Origin: Burkholderiales bacterium
GTDB lineage: Bacteria; Pseudomonadota; Gammaproteobacteria; Burkholderiales; SG8-39
Reading direction: 5' to 3'
Assembly: GCA_036406675.1 (NCBI GenBank)
Contig: DASXAO010000114.1
Location: forward strand, 1,739 to 65,738
Length of the DNA stretch: 64,000 nt
Shown: positions 52,817-62,314 of the stretch, one piece after another
Layout: each line of letters begins with the position of its first letter
Position numbering within the stretch: position 1 is the first letter of the stretch
The notes under the pieces: model-generated
Databases searched by the model: none
What the model was told of the DNA's origin: nothing
The model's input: only the letters and a program-made list of their open reading frames with translations
Translations under genes and position numbers: made by a program

Positions 52817-53292
52817 CCGAGCTTCTCCACGCTCCGGTGATTGCACTTTTCCAGAAGGTCCCGCGCCGGGCCCTGCCGCGGAATGACGACGTTCGGGGCG
52901 ATTTCAAGCAGCGGCATCAGCACGAAAGCGCGCTCGTGCATGCGCGGATGCGGCACCTTCAGATTTTCCGTGTCGATGACGGCGTTTCCGAACAAGAGCA
53001 CATCCAGGTCCAGCGTGCGCGGCGCGTTGGCGAAGCTGCGGCTGCGGCCGTGGCGCGCCTCGATCTCGTGCAGCTCGGCGAGCAGGCGCTCGGCCGGCAG
53101 GCCGGTCTCGATCTGCGCCACCGCGTTCACGAAGCTCGGCTGGTCAGCGTAGCCGAGCGGCTCTGACCGGTACAGCGAGGAAGCGCGCACCACGCGAGTA
53201 TGCGGGATGGCGTCGAGTTCCCGGAAGGCCTCGCGCACCTGGCGCTGCGGGTCGCCCAGGTTGGCGCCCAGGCCCACGAACGACGCCGTCAC
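52813..53292 (-). CDS. folK: 2-amino-4-hydroxy-6-hydroxymethyldihydropteridine pyrophosphokinase
   Basis: GTG 53292 forms a GTGA overlap with the pcnB stop and gives 159 aa. SFVGLGANLGDP, RTLDLDVLLFG and PHPRMHERAFVLMPL are present. Confidence 0.9.
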   Translation of the reverse strand: MTASFVGLGANLGDPQRQVREAFRELDAIPHTRVVRASSLYRSEPLGYADQPSFVNAVAQIETGLPAERLLAELHEIEARHGRSRSFANAPRTLDLDVLLFGNAVIDTENLKVPHPRMHERAFVLMPLLEIAPNVVIPRQGPARDLLEKCNHRSVEKLG

Positions 53293-54614
53293 GCCGCCTC
53301 GGGCGTCGGCGCGGCCGCCGGGCGCTTCTTGCGCCGGCGGCGCCTGCGCTTGCGGGCTCCACTCTCGGGCAGCAGCATGGCCTTGCGCGACTCGGCGTCG
53401 GCGTTCTGGAATGCGCGCCACCACTCTTCGAGGTCCGCGGGCACCTCACCGCTCGACGCGCGCAGCGCGAGGAAGTCGTAGGCCATGCGAAAGCGCGGCG
53501 CTTCCAGAAGGCGGAACGCGCGGCTGCCGGAGCGCTGCTCGAAGCGCGGCTGCATCGCCCACACCTCGCGCATGGTGGCGGTGAGCTTGCGGGTGATGGC
53601 GAGCTTCGCGCACTGGGTGTCGAGGACCTCGTCCATCGCGGCTTCCAGCGCGGGCAGCTCGCGTTCGCCACGCCCCTGGCGCGCCTTCCAGGCCGCGAGC
53701 ACCTCGTGCCAGAGCAGCGCCGCGAACAGGAACGCGGGCGATACCGGGCGCTCGGCAAGCACGCGCTCGTCGGTCTGCGCGAGCGCCAGGGTCACGAAGC
53801 GCTCGCCGAGCGGCTGCTCGAGGATCACGTCCAGGAGCGGCAGCAGCCCCTTGTGCAGGCCGACGTCGCGCAGCTGCCGCAGGCAGGCGCTGGCGTGCCC
53901 GGACAGCAGCAGCTTGAGCATCTCGTCGAAGAGCCGCGCCGGCGGCACGCGCTCCATGAGCGGCGCGAGGCGGCGGATCGGCTCGCGCGTCTGCGCCTCC
54001 AGGGTGAGGCCGAGCTTCGCCGCGAGCCGCACCGCCCGCAGCATCCGCACCGGATCTTCGCGATAGCGCGTCTCCGGATCGCCGATCACGCGCAGCATGC
54101 GCTTCTTCAGGTCGTCCAGCCCGCCGTGGAGGTCGACGATCTCCTGCGTCGCCGGGTCGTAATACAGCGCGTTCACCGTGAAGTCGCGGCGCCGGGCGTC
54201 CTCCTCCTGGGTGCCGAACACGTTGTCGCGCAGCACCCGGCCATGCTCGTCCTTCTCGGCCGTCCCGGCATCCGCGCCGCGAAACGTCGAGACCTCCACG
54301 GTGTCGCCGCCGAGCATCACGTGGACGAGGCGGAAGCGCCGGCCGATGATGAGGGCGCGGCGGAAGAGCGGCCGGATCTGCTCCGGGCGCGCGTCGGTGG
54401 CCACGTCGAAGTCCTTCGGCGTGATGCCAAGCAGGAGGTCGCGCACCGCGCCGCCGACGACATGGGCCGAAAAGCCCGCTTCGCGAAGCGCCGCGCACAC
54501 CTTGCTCGCCGACGGACTGATGGCTTCGCGGCCGAGGCCGTGCCTTTCCAGCGGCACCCGCTGCGGGTTTTCGGCGGGCAGCCCGAGCACCCGCCGTATG
54601 AACCTCTTGATCAT
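53289..54614 (-). CDS. pcnB: Poly(A) polymerase I
   Basis: 441 aa. VVGGAVRDLLLGITPKDFDVAT is the nucleotidyltransferase motif, followed by RRDFTVNALYYD. An Arg/Lys-rich C-terminal tail is present. Confidence 0.93.
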   Translation of the reverse strand: MIKRFIRRVLGLPAENPQRVPLERHGLGREAISPSASKVCAALREAGFSAHVVGGAVRDLLLGITPKDFDVATDARPEQIRPLFRRALIIGRRFRLVHVMLGGDTVEVSTFRGADAGTAEKDEHGRVLRDNVFGTQEEDARRRDFTVNALYYDPATQEIVDLHGGLDDLKKRMLRVIGDPETRYREDPVRMLRAVRLAAKLGLTLEAQTREPIRRLAPLMERVPPARLFDEMLKLLLSGHASACLRQLRDVGLHKGLLPLLDVILEQPLGERFVTLALAQTDERVLAERPVSPAFLFAALLWHEVLAAWKARQGRGERELPALEAAMDEVLDTQCAKLAITRKLTATMREVWAMQPRFEQRSGSRAFRLLEAPRFRMAYDFLALRASSGEVPADLEEWWRAFQNADAESRKAMLLPESGARKRRRRRRKKRPAAAPTPEAA

Positions 54615-54628
54615 CGAGGGCCGGGATT

Positions 54629-55294
54629 CTACCGGCGAAGGGAAATCCGTTCCCAGCCGCGGCGCGCCGCCTCGCGCGCGAGCTCCCCGTCGGGGTCCAC
54701 TGCCACGGGGCGGGTCACGCGCTCGAGCAGCGGCAGGTCGTTGTGCGAATCGCTGTAGAAGGCCGATTCGGCGAATTCATCGAGGCGCCGGCCTTGCGCG
54801 CCGAGCCATTCCCCGAGCCGGCGCACCTTGCCCTCGCGGAAACAAGGAATGCCGGCCACCCGCCCGGTGAAGCGGCCGTCGCGGCACTCCGGCTCGGTCG
54901 CGATGAGGTGCGGCACGCGGAATTCGCGCGCGATGGGGGCGGTGACGAAGCTGTTCGTGGCAGTGATGATCGCGCAGAGATCGCCGCGGCCGAGGTGGCG
55001 CGACACCAGGCCGCGCGCCTCGGCGCCTATCATGGGCAGGATGCGGCTTGCCATGAAATCGGCGTGCCAGCGGGCAAGATCGGCCTGCGTGTGCGCGGCG
55101 AGGGGGCGCAGCGCGAAGCCCAGGTACTCGTGGATGTCGAGCGTGCCGGCGGCATACTGCTCGAAGTAGGCACGGTTCTGCGCCTCGTAGGCTTCGCGTT
55201 CCAGGATCCCGCGGTCGATCAGGAACTGGCCCCACTCGTAGTCGCTGTCGCCTGCGAGCAGGGTGTTGTCGAGGTCGAACAGGGCGAGGCGCAT
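54629..55294 (-). CDS. HAD-IB family hydrolase (SerB-like phosphatase family)
   Basis: 221 aa. Motif I LFDLDNTLL, motif II IITATN, and motif III/IV GKV...YSDSHNDLPLL are present. Confidence 0.85.
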   Translation of the reverse strand: MRLALFDLDNTLLAGDSDYEWGQFLIDRGILEREAYEAQNRAYFEQYAAGTLDIHEYLGFALRPLAAHTQADLARWHADFMASRILPMIGAEARGLVSRHLGRGDLCAIITATNSFVTAPIAREFRVPHLIATEPECRDGRFTGRVAGIPCFREGKVRRLGEWLGAQGRRLDEFAESAFYSDSHNDLPLLERVTRPVAVDPDGELAREAARRGWERISLRR

Positions 55295-55324
55295 GGCGCC
55301 CCGCAGTCTATCCCGGCAAGATGC

Positions 55325-55744
55325 TCAGAACCGGCGCTGGACGCCGATGCGGAAGTCCTGCGGCCGCCAGAACCCGCCGGGGTCGCGCGAGATGCTCTCC
55401 GCGCTCACGGCCCAGTCGTTGGCGAACCAGTAGCGGCCGAACAGCGATACGGCGCGCGTGTCGTAGTCGTAGTCGCGGCTGTTCACCGAGAGGCCGAGGC
55501 TGGTGCGCTCGCCGAACGAGTAGGACCAGTTCATGCGCTGCTGCGGCGTGAAACCCATTCCCATCGCCGGGTAGGAGGCGAAGCCGAAGCGGTCGAATTC
55601 CGGCGCGAGCCAGCCGCGCGCAAAGCCCGGATCGATCCCCGGCTCGCTGCGCTCGGGCACGCGCAAACCCGATTGGCCGAAGGCTGGGGCAGCCGCGGCC
55701 AGCGCGATGACTAGGGCTCGACGAACGAGAGGGCGGAAGGACAT
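55325..55744 (-). CDS. Hypothetical exported protein with an OMP-like C-terminus (139 aa)
   Basis: ATG 55744 gives signal peptide MSFRPLVRRALVIALAAAAPAFGQ. The sequence is Tyr/Trp/Gly-rich with alternating pattern and ends in ...RIGVQRRF, a terminal aromatic residue. Confidence 0.6.
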   Translation of the reverse strand: MSFRPLVRRALVIALAAAAPAFGQSGLRVPERSEPGIDPGFARGWLAPEFDRFGFASYPAMGMGFTPQQRMNWSYSFGERTSLGLSVNSRDYDYDTRAVSLFGRYWFANDWAVSAESISRDPGGFWRPQDFRIGVQRRF

Positions 55745-55843
55745 CGCAGCGTCCTTTTCGAACCTCCAATCTAGTCCTCGCCGGGGGTGGTTGTCCATGC
55801 AGAATTCCCCCGCCAGGGGGGTCCGGGCGGGGCACTGTTGCTT

Positions 55844-56455
55844 TTAGCCGTCGTCATTTTCTGACAACGCGTCGCGCACCAGTGCCAGCGTCACGGCGCG
55901 GCGACGGGCGAGCGAATGGCGGTCGAGGCGGTCGAGGACTGCATGGAGGCTCGCGAGGTCCCGCGGAAGATGGTTCAGGAGGTACCTGACCACCTCGTCG
56001 GACATGGAAAGCCCGCGGCGCTGGGCTTCGCTGCGCAAGTGCAGCGCCTTGTCGGCGTCCGTGAGCGGTTTCAGCTGGTAGACGAGGCCCCAGCCCAGGC
56101 GCGTGCGCAGGTCCTCGCGCAATCCGAGCCGGGCCGGCGGCGCGGCTCCGGCGGCAAGGACCGCCGGACCGCCTTCGCGCGCCATGTTGATCGCGATGAA
56201 GAGCGCCTGCTGGGCCGCCTCGCTCAGCGCGTCGACGTCGTCGGCGATCACCAGCGCCGGGTTTGCGCTCGCGGCGGCGGCGAGCAGGTGGCTGCGACCG
56301 CTGCCGGGCGCGCCCCAGAGATAGACGATCGCCTCCTTCAGCCGGCCCTGCGCGAGCGAGCGGACGCCTTCGAGCGCCTCGGCGTTCGCCCCGGCGACGT
56401 AGTTGTCAAGGCTCGGCTGCGCGGCCGCGGAAAGGGGAAGCGGGAGCTGCCGCAT
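55844..56455 (-). CDS. hda: DnaA regulatory inactivator Hda
   Basis: ATG 56455 gives MRQLPLPL... Walker [13 protein letters not shown] and the DnaA-domain-III-like [15 protein letters not shown] block are present. Confidence 0.88.
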   Translation of the reverse strand: MRQLPLPLSAAAQPSLDNYVAGANAEALEGVRSLAQGRLKEAIVYLWGAPGSGRSHLLAAAASANPALVIADDVDALSEAAQQALFIAINMAREGGPAVLAAGAAPPARLGLREDLRTRLGWGLVYQLKPLTDADKALHLRSEAQRRGLSMSDEVVRYLLNHLPRDLASLHAVLDRLDRHSLARRRAVTLALVRDALSENDDG

Positions 56456-56483
56456 TAGAATGGCGGAAACCTTGAAATCTAGC

Positions 56484-57485
56484 ATGTCGGAGCCACCACT
56501 TTCCTATCGCGACGCCGGCGTCGACATCGACGAAGGCGACGCCCTGGTCGAGGCGATCAAGCCGCTCGCGCGGCGCACGCTGCGCCCCGAGGTGGTCGCG
56601 GGCATCGGCGGCTTCGGCGCCTTGTGCCGGATCCCCGAGAAATACCGCCAGCCGCTGCTCGTCTCGGGCACCGACGGGGTCGGGACCAAGCTCAAGCTCG
56701 CATTCGAGCACCACCGACACGACACGGTCGGCGTCGACCTCGTGGCGATGAGCGTGAACGACGTGCTCGTCCAGGGCGCGGAGCCGCTTTTCTTCCTCGA
56801 CTACTTCGCCTGCGGCAAGCTCGAGCTCGCCGTCGCCAAGGACGTCGTGAAGGGCATAGCGCGCGGCTGCGAGCTCGCTGGCTGCTCGCTGATCGGCGGC
56901 GAGACCGCCGAGATGCCAGGGATGTACCCCGAGGGCGAATACGACCTCGCCGGATTCTGCGTCGGCGTGGTCGAGAGGGACCGGGTGATCGACGGGCGCT
57001 CGATCGCGCCCGGCGACGCGATCCTAGGCCTCGCCTCGAGCGGCCCGCACTCCAACGGCTACTCGCTCATCCGCAGGATCGTGCAGCGCGCGGGACCGGC
57101 GCCCTTCGACCTGCTCGAGCCGACTCGCATCTACGTGAAGCCGATCCTGCGCCTGATCGAGACGCTGCCCATCAAGGGCCTCGCGCACATCACCGGCGGC
57201 GGCCTGGTCGGCAACGTGCCGCGGGTCTTCCCCGAGGGAACGAAGGCGGTAATCGCCAGCGGAAGCTGGCCGCGGCCGCCGGTGTTCCAGTGGCTACAGC
57301 AGGCGGGCAACGTCGCCGAAGACGAGATGTGGCGCGTGTTCAACTGCGGCATCGGCATGGTGGTGGTGGTCGCGGCGGCGCACGCCGAGGCGGCCGCCGG
57401 GGAGCTGAGGAAATACGGCGAGACGGTCTACCGGATCGGGCGCGTCGAAAAGTCCTCGGGCGAACCCGAGGCGCTCGTCGTCTAG
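56484..57485 (+). CDS. purM: Phosphoribosylformylglycinamidine cyclo-ligase (AIR synthetase)
   Basis: [22 protein letters not shown]..., [12 protein letters not shown] and DYFACGKL are present. An alternative start lies at ATG 56460. Confidence 0.93.
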   Translation: MSEPPLSYRDAGVDIDEGDALVEAIKPLARRTLRPEVVAGIGGFGALCRIPEKYRQPLLVSGTDGVGTKLKLAFEHHRHDTVGVDLVAMSVNDVLVQGAEPLFFLDYFACGKLELAVAKDVVKGIARGCELAGCSLIGGETAEMPGMYPEGEYDLAGFCVGVVERDRVIDGRSIAPGDAILGLASSGPHSNGYSLIRRIVQRAGPAPFDLLEPTRIYVKPILRLIETLPIKGLAHITGGGLVGNVPRVFPEGTKAVIASGSWPRPPVFQWLQQAGNVAEDEMWRVFNCGIGMVVVVAAAHAEAAAGELRKYGETVYRIGRVEKSSGEPEALVV

Positions 57486-57494
57486 CCCGGGACG

Positions 57495-57944
57495 TTACTT
57501 CACCTTGTAGACTACGTCGTGCTCACGCACGTGGTCGACGACTTTCAGGCCGAAGTCGTCGTCCGGCCCGACCTGCTCCACCGGAGCATGGCCGATTTGC
57601 AGCGATTCGACGCGCTGGCCAAAGTCGCTGGTATGCCCCTTGATGTGGATGCTGTCGCCGACGTGCAGGTTCGTGCCCGGGTCGAGCTTCACGACCGCGA
57701 CGGACAGGTGGCCGAAGTAATGCGTGACCACTCCCACTCGATCGCCCGGCGGCGGCGCAACGGGCGCAGGGCTCGGCAGCGGCGCAGTCTTCGGCTTGAC
57801 CGGCTTTGGCGACGGTTTCCTGGAAACCTTGGTTCTTTTTACCGCTTTCTTCGCGGCTTTCTTGCGCAGCGCCGGCTTGCTCGTCTTCAGTTTCTTGCGC
57901 TTCAGCTTCGACGCGGCTTTCTTGGCTTTCTTGGCCTTGGCCAT
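57495..57944 (-). CDS. Histone-H1-like Lys/Ala-rich N-terminus fused to an EF-Tu-domain-2-like beta-barrel ('translation elongation factor-like') domain
   Basis: ATG 57944 follows SD GGGAGG and gives 149 aa. MAKAKKAKKAASKLKRKKLKTSKPALRKKAAKKAVKR...PSPKPVKPKTAP is followed by GVVTHYFGHLSVAVVKLDPGTNLHVGDSIHIKGHTSDFGQRVESLQIGHAPV. Confidence 0.7.
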   Translation of the reverse strand: MAKAKKAKKAASKLKRKKLKTSKPALRKKAAKKAVKRTKVSRKPSPKPVKPKTAPLPSPAPVAPPPGDRVGVVTHYFGHLSVAVVKLDPGTNLHVGDSIHIKGHTSDFGQRVESLQIGHAPVEQVGPDDDFGLKVVDHVREHDVVYKVK

Positions 57945-57960
57945 GTGACCTCCCGGGCGG

Positions 57961-58851
57961 TCATTGTCCCGTGCTCGATCCGCGCCGGGCAAGGTAGATT
58001 CCCACGAGGACGATCACGCCGCCGGCGATCTGCAGCGGGACCAGCGGCTCGGCGAGCAGGATCCAGGCGAAGAGCGCGGCCATCACCGGCTGAAAGAGCA
58101 GGCTGACCGACGAGAACGCCGCCGGAAGATGCGCCAGCGCATAGGCGATCAGGCCCTGGCCGGCGGCGTGCGAGATGAGCGCGAGACCGAGGAGAATCCA
58201 CCAGCCACCCGCCGCTCGCGGAATCATCGGCTCGCCGGTGCCGAGCGCGACGGGAAGGAGCAGGATCGCCGTGATGGTGGTGGTGACCGCCATGAGGTAC
58301 AGCGTGCTCTCGCCCCGGTCGCGCAGGCCCTTCACCGCGAGCAGGTAGGCCGCGTAGAACATCGCGGTAACGACGCCGAGCGCGTCGCCCACCAGGCCGG
58401 TGGACGAGAACGCGAGGCTGGTGTGAACGAGCAGCGCCACGCCGACGAGCGCCGCGGCGAGCCCGGCGAGGAAGGTCGGGGTCGGCCGCTGGCGCAGGAA
58501 GATCCACGCCGCGAGGGTCACGAAAATGGACGCGAGGTTGGCAAGCAAGGTGGCGTTTGCCACCGAGGTGAGCTGGACCGACTTGTGCCAGAAGGCGAGG
58601 TCGCCGGCGAACGCCAGCGCGGCGGCGAGCAACAGTTGCCAACTGCCGAAAGCGTTGCGGGCCCCATAAGGTCGCCTGGGTGGACTGCGATTTAGGCCGT
58701 ACGCGATCCACAAGACGGGAACCGCCAAGGCCACGCGCCAGAACGCGGCCGCCGTGGGTCCGACACCGGCGGCCAGGGCCTCTCTCACAAAGATCGGCGA
58801 CAGCGCGATGAACGTCGCGCCCGCGAGGAGGGCGACGAGCGCGGGATTCAC
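57961..58851 (-). CDS. DMT-superfamily transporter (EamA/RhaT type, 10 TM)
   Basis: 296 aa with two EamA-like repeats of hydrophobic helices. Confidence 0.85.
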   Translation of the reverse strand: MNPALVALLAGATFIALSPIFVREALAAGVGPTAAAFWRVALAVPVLWIAYGLNRSPPRRPYGARNAFGSWQLLLAAALAFAGDLAFWHKSVQLTSVANATLLANLASIFVTLAAWIFLRQRPTPTFLAGLAAALVGVALLVHTSLAFSSTGLVGDALGVVTAMFYAAYLLAVKGLRDRGESTLYLMAVTTTITAILLLPVALGTGEPMIPRAAGGWWILLGLALISHAAGQGLIAYALAHLPAAFSSVSLLFQPVMAALFAWILLAEPLVPLQIAGGVIVLVGIYLARRGSSTGQ

Positions 58852-58891
58852 GGCCCGCGCATGGTAAGGGCTTTCCGGTAAAATTTTTAAG

Positions 58892-61800
58892 ATGCCGGCG
58901 CCGCGCTTCGTTCACCTCAGGCTGCACAGCGAATACTCGGTGAGCGACGGGATCGTCCGCCTGGACGAGGCCGTGCGCCGGGCGGCCGCCGACGGGATGC
59001 CGGCGCTCGCGCTGACCGACCTCGCGAATCTTTTCGGCCTGGTCAAGTTCTACGGCGCCGCTCGGGCCGCCGGCGTGAAGCCGATCATCGGCGCCGACTG
59101 CTGGCTGCAGAATCCGGGCGACCGCGACAAGCCGGTGCGCATGCTGCTCCTTTGCGCGAGCCGAGCCGGCTACCTGCGCCTGTGCGACCTGCTCTCGCGC
59201 GCGTGGCTGCGCAATCAGTATCGTGCGCGCGCCGAAATCTCGCGCGCGTCGCTCGAAGAAGCCGGCACCGATGGCCTGATTGCCCTTTCGGGCGCCGCGG
59301 CGGGCGATGTCGGCCAGGCCCTCGCCGCGGGCAACGCCGAAGCCGCGGAGCGTCTGGCGCGCGGCTGGGCCGAGCTTTTCCCGGGCCGCTACTACGTCGA
59401 GCTGCAGCGCGCGGGCTTTCCCCAGGGCGAGGCGCTCGTCGCCCGCTCGGTGGCGCTCGCCGGGCGCCTTGCGCTGCCCGTCGTGGCGACGCACCCGGTG
59501 CAGTTCCTCGAGCGAGAAGATTTCAAGGCGCACGAAGCGCGCGTTTGCATCTCGCAAGGGTACGTGCTCGCCGACCAGCGCAGGCCGAAGCTCTTCACGC
59601 CCGAGCAGTACTTCAAGCGTCAGCGCGAGATGGTCGAGCTCTTCGCCGACCTGCCGCAGGCGCTCGAGAACTCGGTCGAGATCGCGCGGCGCTGCAACCT
59701 GGCCATCCAGCTCGGCAAGAGCCGCCTGCCGGCTTTCCCGACGCCGCCCGGCGTCACGATCGATGAATTCCTTCGCGGCGAGGCGCACGCGGGGCTCGCG
59801 CGACGCATCGACAAGCTCGGCCTCAAGGACGAGGACAAGCCGCGCTACCGCGAGCGGCTCGAGTTCGAGATCGGGACCATCGTGCAGATGGGATTCGCCG
59901 GCTATTTCCTCATCGTCGCCGACTTCATCAACTGGGCAAAGCAAAACGGCGTGCCGGTGGGCCCCGGGCGCGGCTCGGGCGCGGGTTCGCTGGTAGCCTA
60001 TTCGCTCGGCATCACCGACCTCGATCCGCTCAAGTACGACCTCCTGTTCGAGCGTTTCCTCAATCCGGAACGCGTGTCGATGCCCGACTTCGACATCGAC
60101 TTCTGCCAGGACGGGCGCGACCGGGTGATCGAGTACGTGCGCGGGAAGTACGGCGAAGCGAGCGTCTCGCAGATCGCCACGTTCGGCACGATGGCCGCGC
60201 GCGCGGTGGTCCGCGACTGCGGCCGGGTGCTCGACCTGGGCTACAACTTCTGCGACCAGATCGCCAAGCTGATTCCGGTGCAGCCGGGCAAGACGATCAC
60301 GCTCGAGGATGCGCGCGAGATGGAGCCGCTGCTCGCCGAGCGCGAAGAGAAGGAAGACGAAGTTCGCGAGCTGCTCGAGCTCGGCGGCAAGCTCGAAGGC
60401 CTGGTGCGCAATGTCGGCATGCACGCGGGCGGCGTGCTGATCGCTCCAGGGCGCCTCACCGACTTCTGCCCCCTGTACGCGGCCGAGGGCACCGCGAACG
60501 TGATCTCGCAGCTCGACAAGGACGACGTCGAGGCGGTGGGGCTGGTCAAGTTCGACTTCCTGGGCCTCACCACGCTCACGATTCTCGACTGGGCGGAGCG
60601 CTACGTGCGCCGCCTGGGCGAGGCTTCCTTCTCGCTCGAGAAGGTGCCGCTGAACGACGCGCTCGCCTACAAGCTGCTTTCGGCGGGCAACACCACCGCG
60701 GTGTTCCAGCTGGAATCGCGCGGCATGCGCGACCTCATCAAGCGCGCGCGTCCGGATCGCTTCGAGGACGTGATCGCGCTCGTCGCCCTGTACCGCCCGG
60801 GGCCTATGGATCTCATTCCCGAGTACATCGAAAGGAAGCACGGCAAGCGCGTCGAGTACCTCGACCCGCGCCTGGCGCCGATCCTCGGTCCGACCTACGG
60901 CATCATGGTCTACCAGGAGCAGGTGATGCAGATCGCGCAGGTCATCGGCGGCTACTCGCTCGGCGGCGCCGACCTGCTGCGCCGGGCGATGGGCAAGAAG
61001 AAGCCGGAGGAAATGGCGCAGCAGCGCGAAGTCTTCGTCGCCGGCGCGGAGAGGAACGGGCTCGCGCGCACGCGCGCCACGCAGCTCTTCGACCTGATGG
61101 AGAAGTTCGCCGGCTACGGCTTCAACAAGTCGCACGCCGCGGCCTATGCGCTGCTCGCCTACCACACCGCTTACATGAAGGCGCACCACGCCGCGGCGTT
61201 CTTCGCCGCGAACCTCTCGGCGGTGATGGACGACACCGACAAGGTGCGCCCGTTCCACGAGGACGCGGTCGCGAACGGCCTCGTCGTGCTGCCGCCGGAC
61301 GTCAACGCGTCGGAATACCGCTTCGTTCCGGTCGACCGCGCGACCATCCGCTACGGGCTCGGGGCGGTCCGCGGCACTGGGGAGGGCGCCATCAACGCGA
61401 TCCTCGCGGCCCGGCGCGAAAAGCCGTTCGCGGATCTCTTCGACTTCTGCAGCCGGGTGGACAAGCGCCTGGTCAACCGGCGCGTGGTCGAGGCGCTGAT
61501 CCGCGCAGGTGCTTTCGATTCCATCGATTCTCAAAGAGCAAGGCTTCTAGCGTCTGCCGGGCGCGCGCTCGAGGCCGCCGAGCAGGCGCTGGCGCAGGCG
61601 TCCCAGAACAGCCTGTTTGGCGAGGCCGAAGCCCCGCGCGGCGGCGCCGTGGTCTACGTCGACGCCGCGCCTTGGGACATGCGGCAGAAGCTCACCGAGG
61701 AGAAGGCGGCACTCGGCTTCTACCTCTCGGGCCATCTCTTCAAGGTCTACGAGCGCGAGCTGGCGGGGTTCGCCCGGGTGCCGCTGGCGAAGCTTGGCGT

Positions 61801-62314
61801 CGGCGAGCGCGTGACGATGGCCGGCATCGTGGTGGCCGCGCGCACCCAGATGACGCGGCGCGGGCGGATGATGGTGGTGATGCTCGACGACGGCACCGCG
61901 CAGGTGGAGATTTCCGTGTTCAACGAGCTCTACGAAAAGCACCGCGAGAAGCTGAAGGAGGACTCGCTGCTCGTGGTCGCCGGCAAGGTGCAGTCGGACG
62001 AGTTCTCCGGGGGGCTGCGGGTCAGCGCCGACGAGCTCATGGACCTCGAGACGCTGCGCAACCGCCATGCGTCGCTCCTCAAGCTCTCCCTGAACGGCCA
62101 GGCCGACGCCAAGCGGCTGCAGCAGGTGCTCGGGCCGTACCGCGCCAGCGGCAACGGCAGCTGCCAGGTGCTCGTGGAGTACGAGAACGGCACGGCGCTG
62201 TGCAAGCTCGCGCTCGGCGAAGCGTGGCGCGTGCGGCCGGACACGCGGCTCATCAGCGAGCTCGGCGCGTGGCTGGCGCCGGAAAACGTCGAGGTCGTCT
62301 ACAGCTCGCTCTAG
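58892..62314 (+). CDS. dnaE: DNA polymerase III alpha subunit
   Basis: 1140 aa. PHP domain FVHLRLHSEYS, catalytic GRGSGAGSLVAYSLGITDLDP...MPDFDIDF, and GLVKFDFLGL are present, with an OB-fold at the C-terminus. Confidence 0.97.
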   Translation: MPAPRFVHLRLHSEYSVSDGIVRLDEAVRRAAADGMPALALTDLANLFGLVKFYGAARAAGVKPIIGADCWLQNPGDRDKPVRMLLLCASRAGYLRLCDLLSRAWLRNQYRARAEISRASLEEAGTDGLIALSGAAAGDVGQALAAGNAEAAERLARGWAELFPGRYYVELQRAGFPQGEALVARSVALAGRLALPVVATHPVQFLEREDFKAHEARVCISQGYVLADQRRPKLFTPEQYFKRQREMVELFADLPQALENSVEIARRCNLAIQLGKSRLPAFPTPPGVTIDEFLRGEAHAGLARRIDKLGLKDEDKPRYRERLEFEIGTIVQMGFAGYFLIVADFINWAKQNGVPVGPGRGSGAGSLVAYSLGITDLDPLKYDLLFERFLNPERVSMPDFDIDFCQDGRDRVIEYVRGKYGEASVSQIATFGTMAARAVVRDCGRVLDLGYNFCDQIAKLIPVQPGKTITLEDAREMEPLLAEREEKEDEVRELLELGGKLEGLVRNVGMHAGGVLIAPGRLTDFCPLYAAEGTANVISQLDKDDVEAVGLVKFDFLGLTTLTILDWAERYVRRLGEASFSLEKVPLNDALAYKLLSAGNTTAVFQLESRGMRDLIKRARPDRFEDVIALVALYRPGPMDLIPEYIERKHGKRVEYLDPRLAPILGPTYGIMVYQEQVMQIAQVIGGYSLGGADLLRRAMGKKKPEEMAQQREVFVAGAERNGLARTRATQLFDLMEKFAGYGFNKSHAAAYALLAYHTAYMKAHHAAAFFAANLSAVMDDTDKVRPFHEDAVANGLVVLPPDVNASEYRFVPVDRATIRYGLGAVRGTGEGAINAILAARREKPFADLFDFCSRVDKRLVNRRVVEALIRAGAFDSIDSQRARLLASAGRALEAAEQALAQASQNSLFGEAEAPRGGAVVYVDAAPWDMRQKLTEEKAALGFYLSGHLFKVYERELAGFARVPLAKLGVGERVTMAGIVVAARTQMTRRGRMMVVMLDDGTAQVEISVFNELYEKHREKLKEDSLLVVAGKVQSDEFSGGLRVSADELMDLETLRNRHASLLKLSLNGQADAKRLQQVLGPYRASGNGSCQVLVEYENGTALCKLALGEAWRVRPDTRLISELGAWLAPENVEVVYSSL

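Noticed and set aside
57902-61534. 1210-aa ORF antisense to dnaE. Similar very long antisense or alternate-frame ORFs occur at 2627..4816(+), 22035..23900(-), 16659..18659(-), 31556..33895(-), 10427..12274(-) and 6824..8251(-).
   Set aside because: The translations are Arg/Ala/Pro/Gly-rich low-complexity strings with no motifs. Each lies exactly opposite, or out of frame with, a gene that has clear family signatures. This is the expected stop-codon-poor shadow-ORF artefact of GC-rich DNA.
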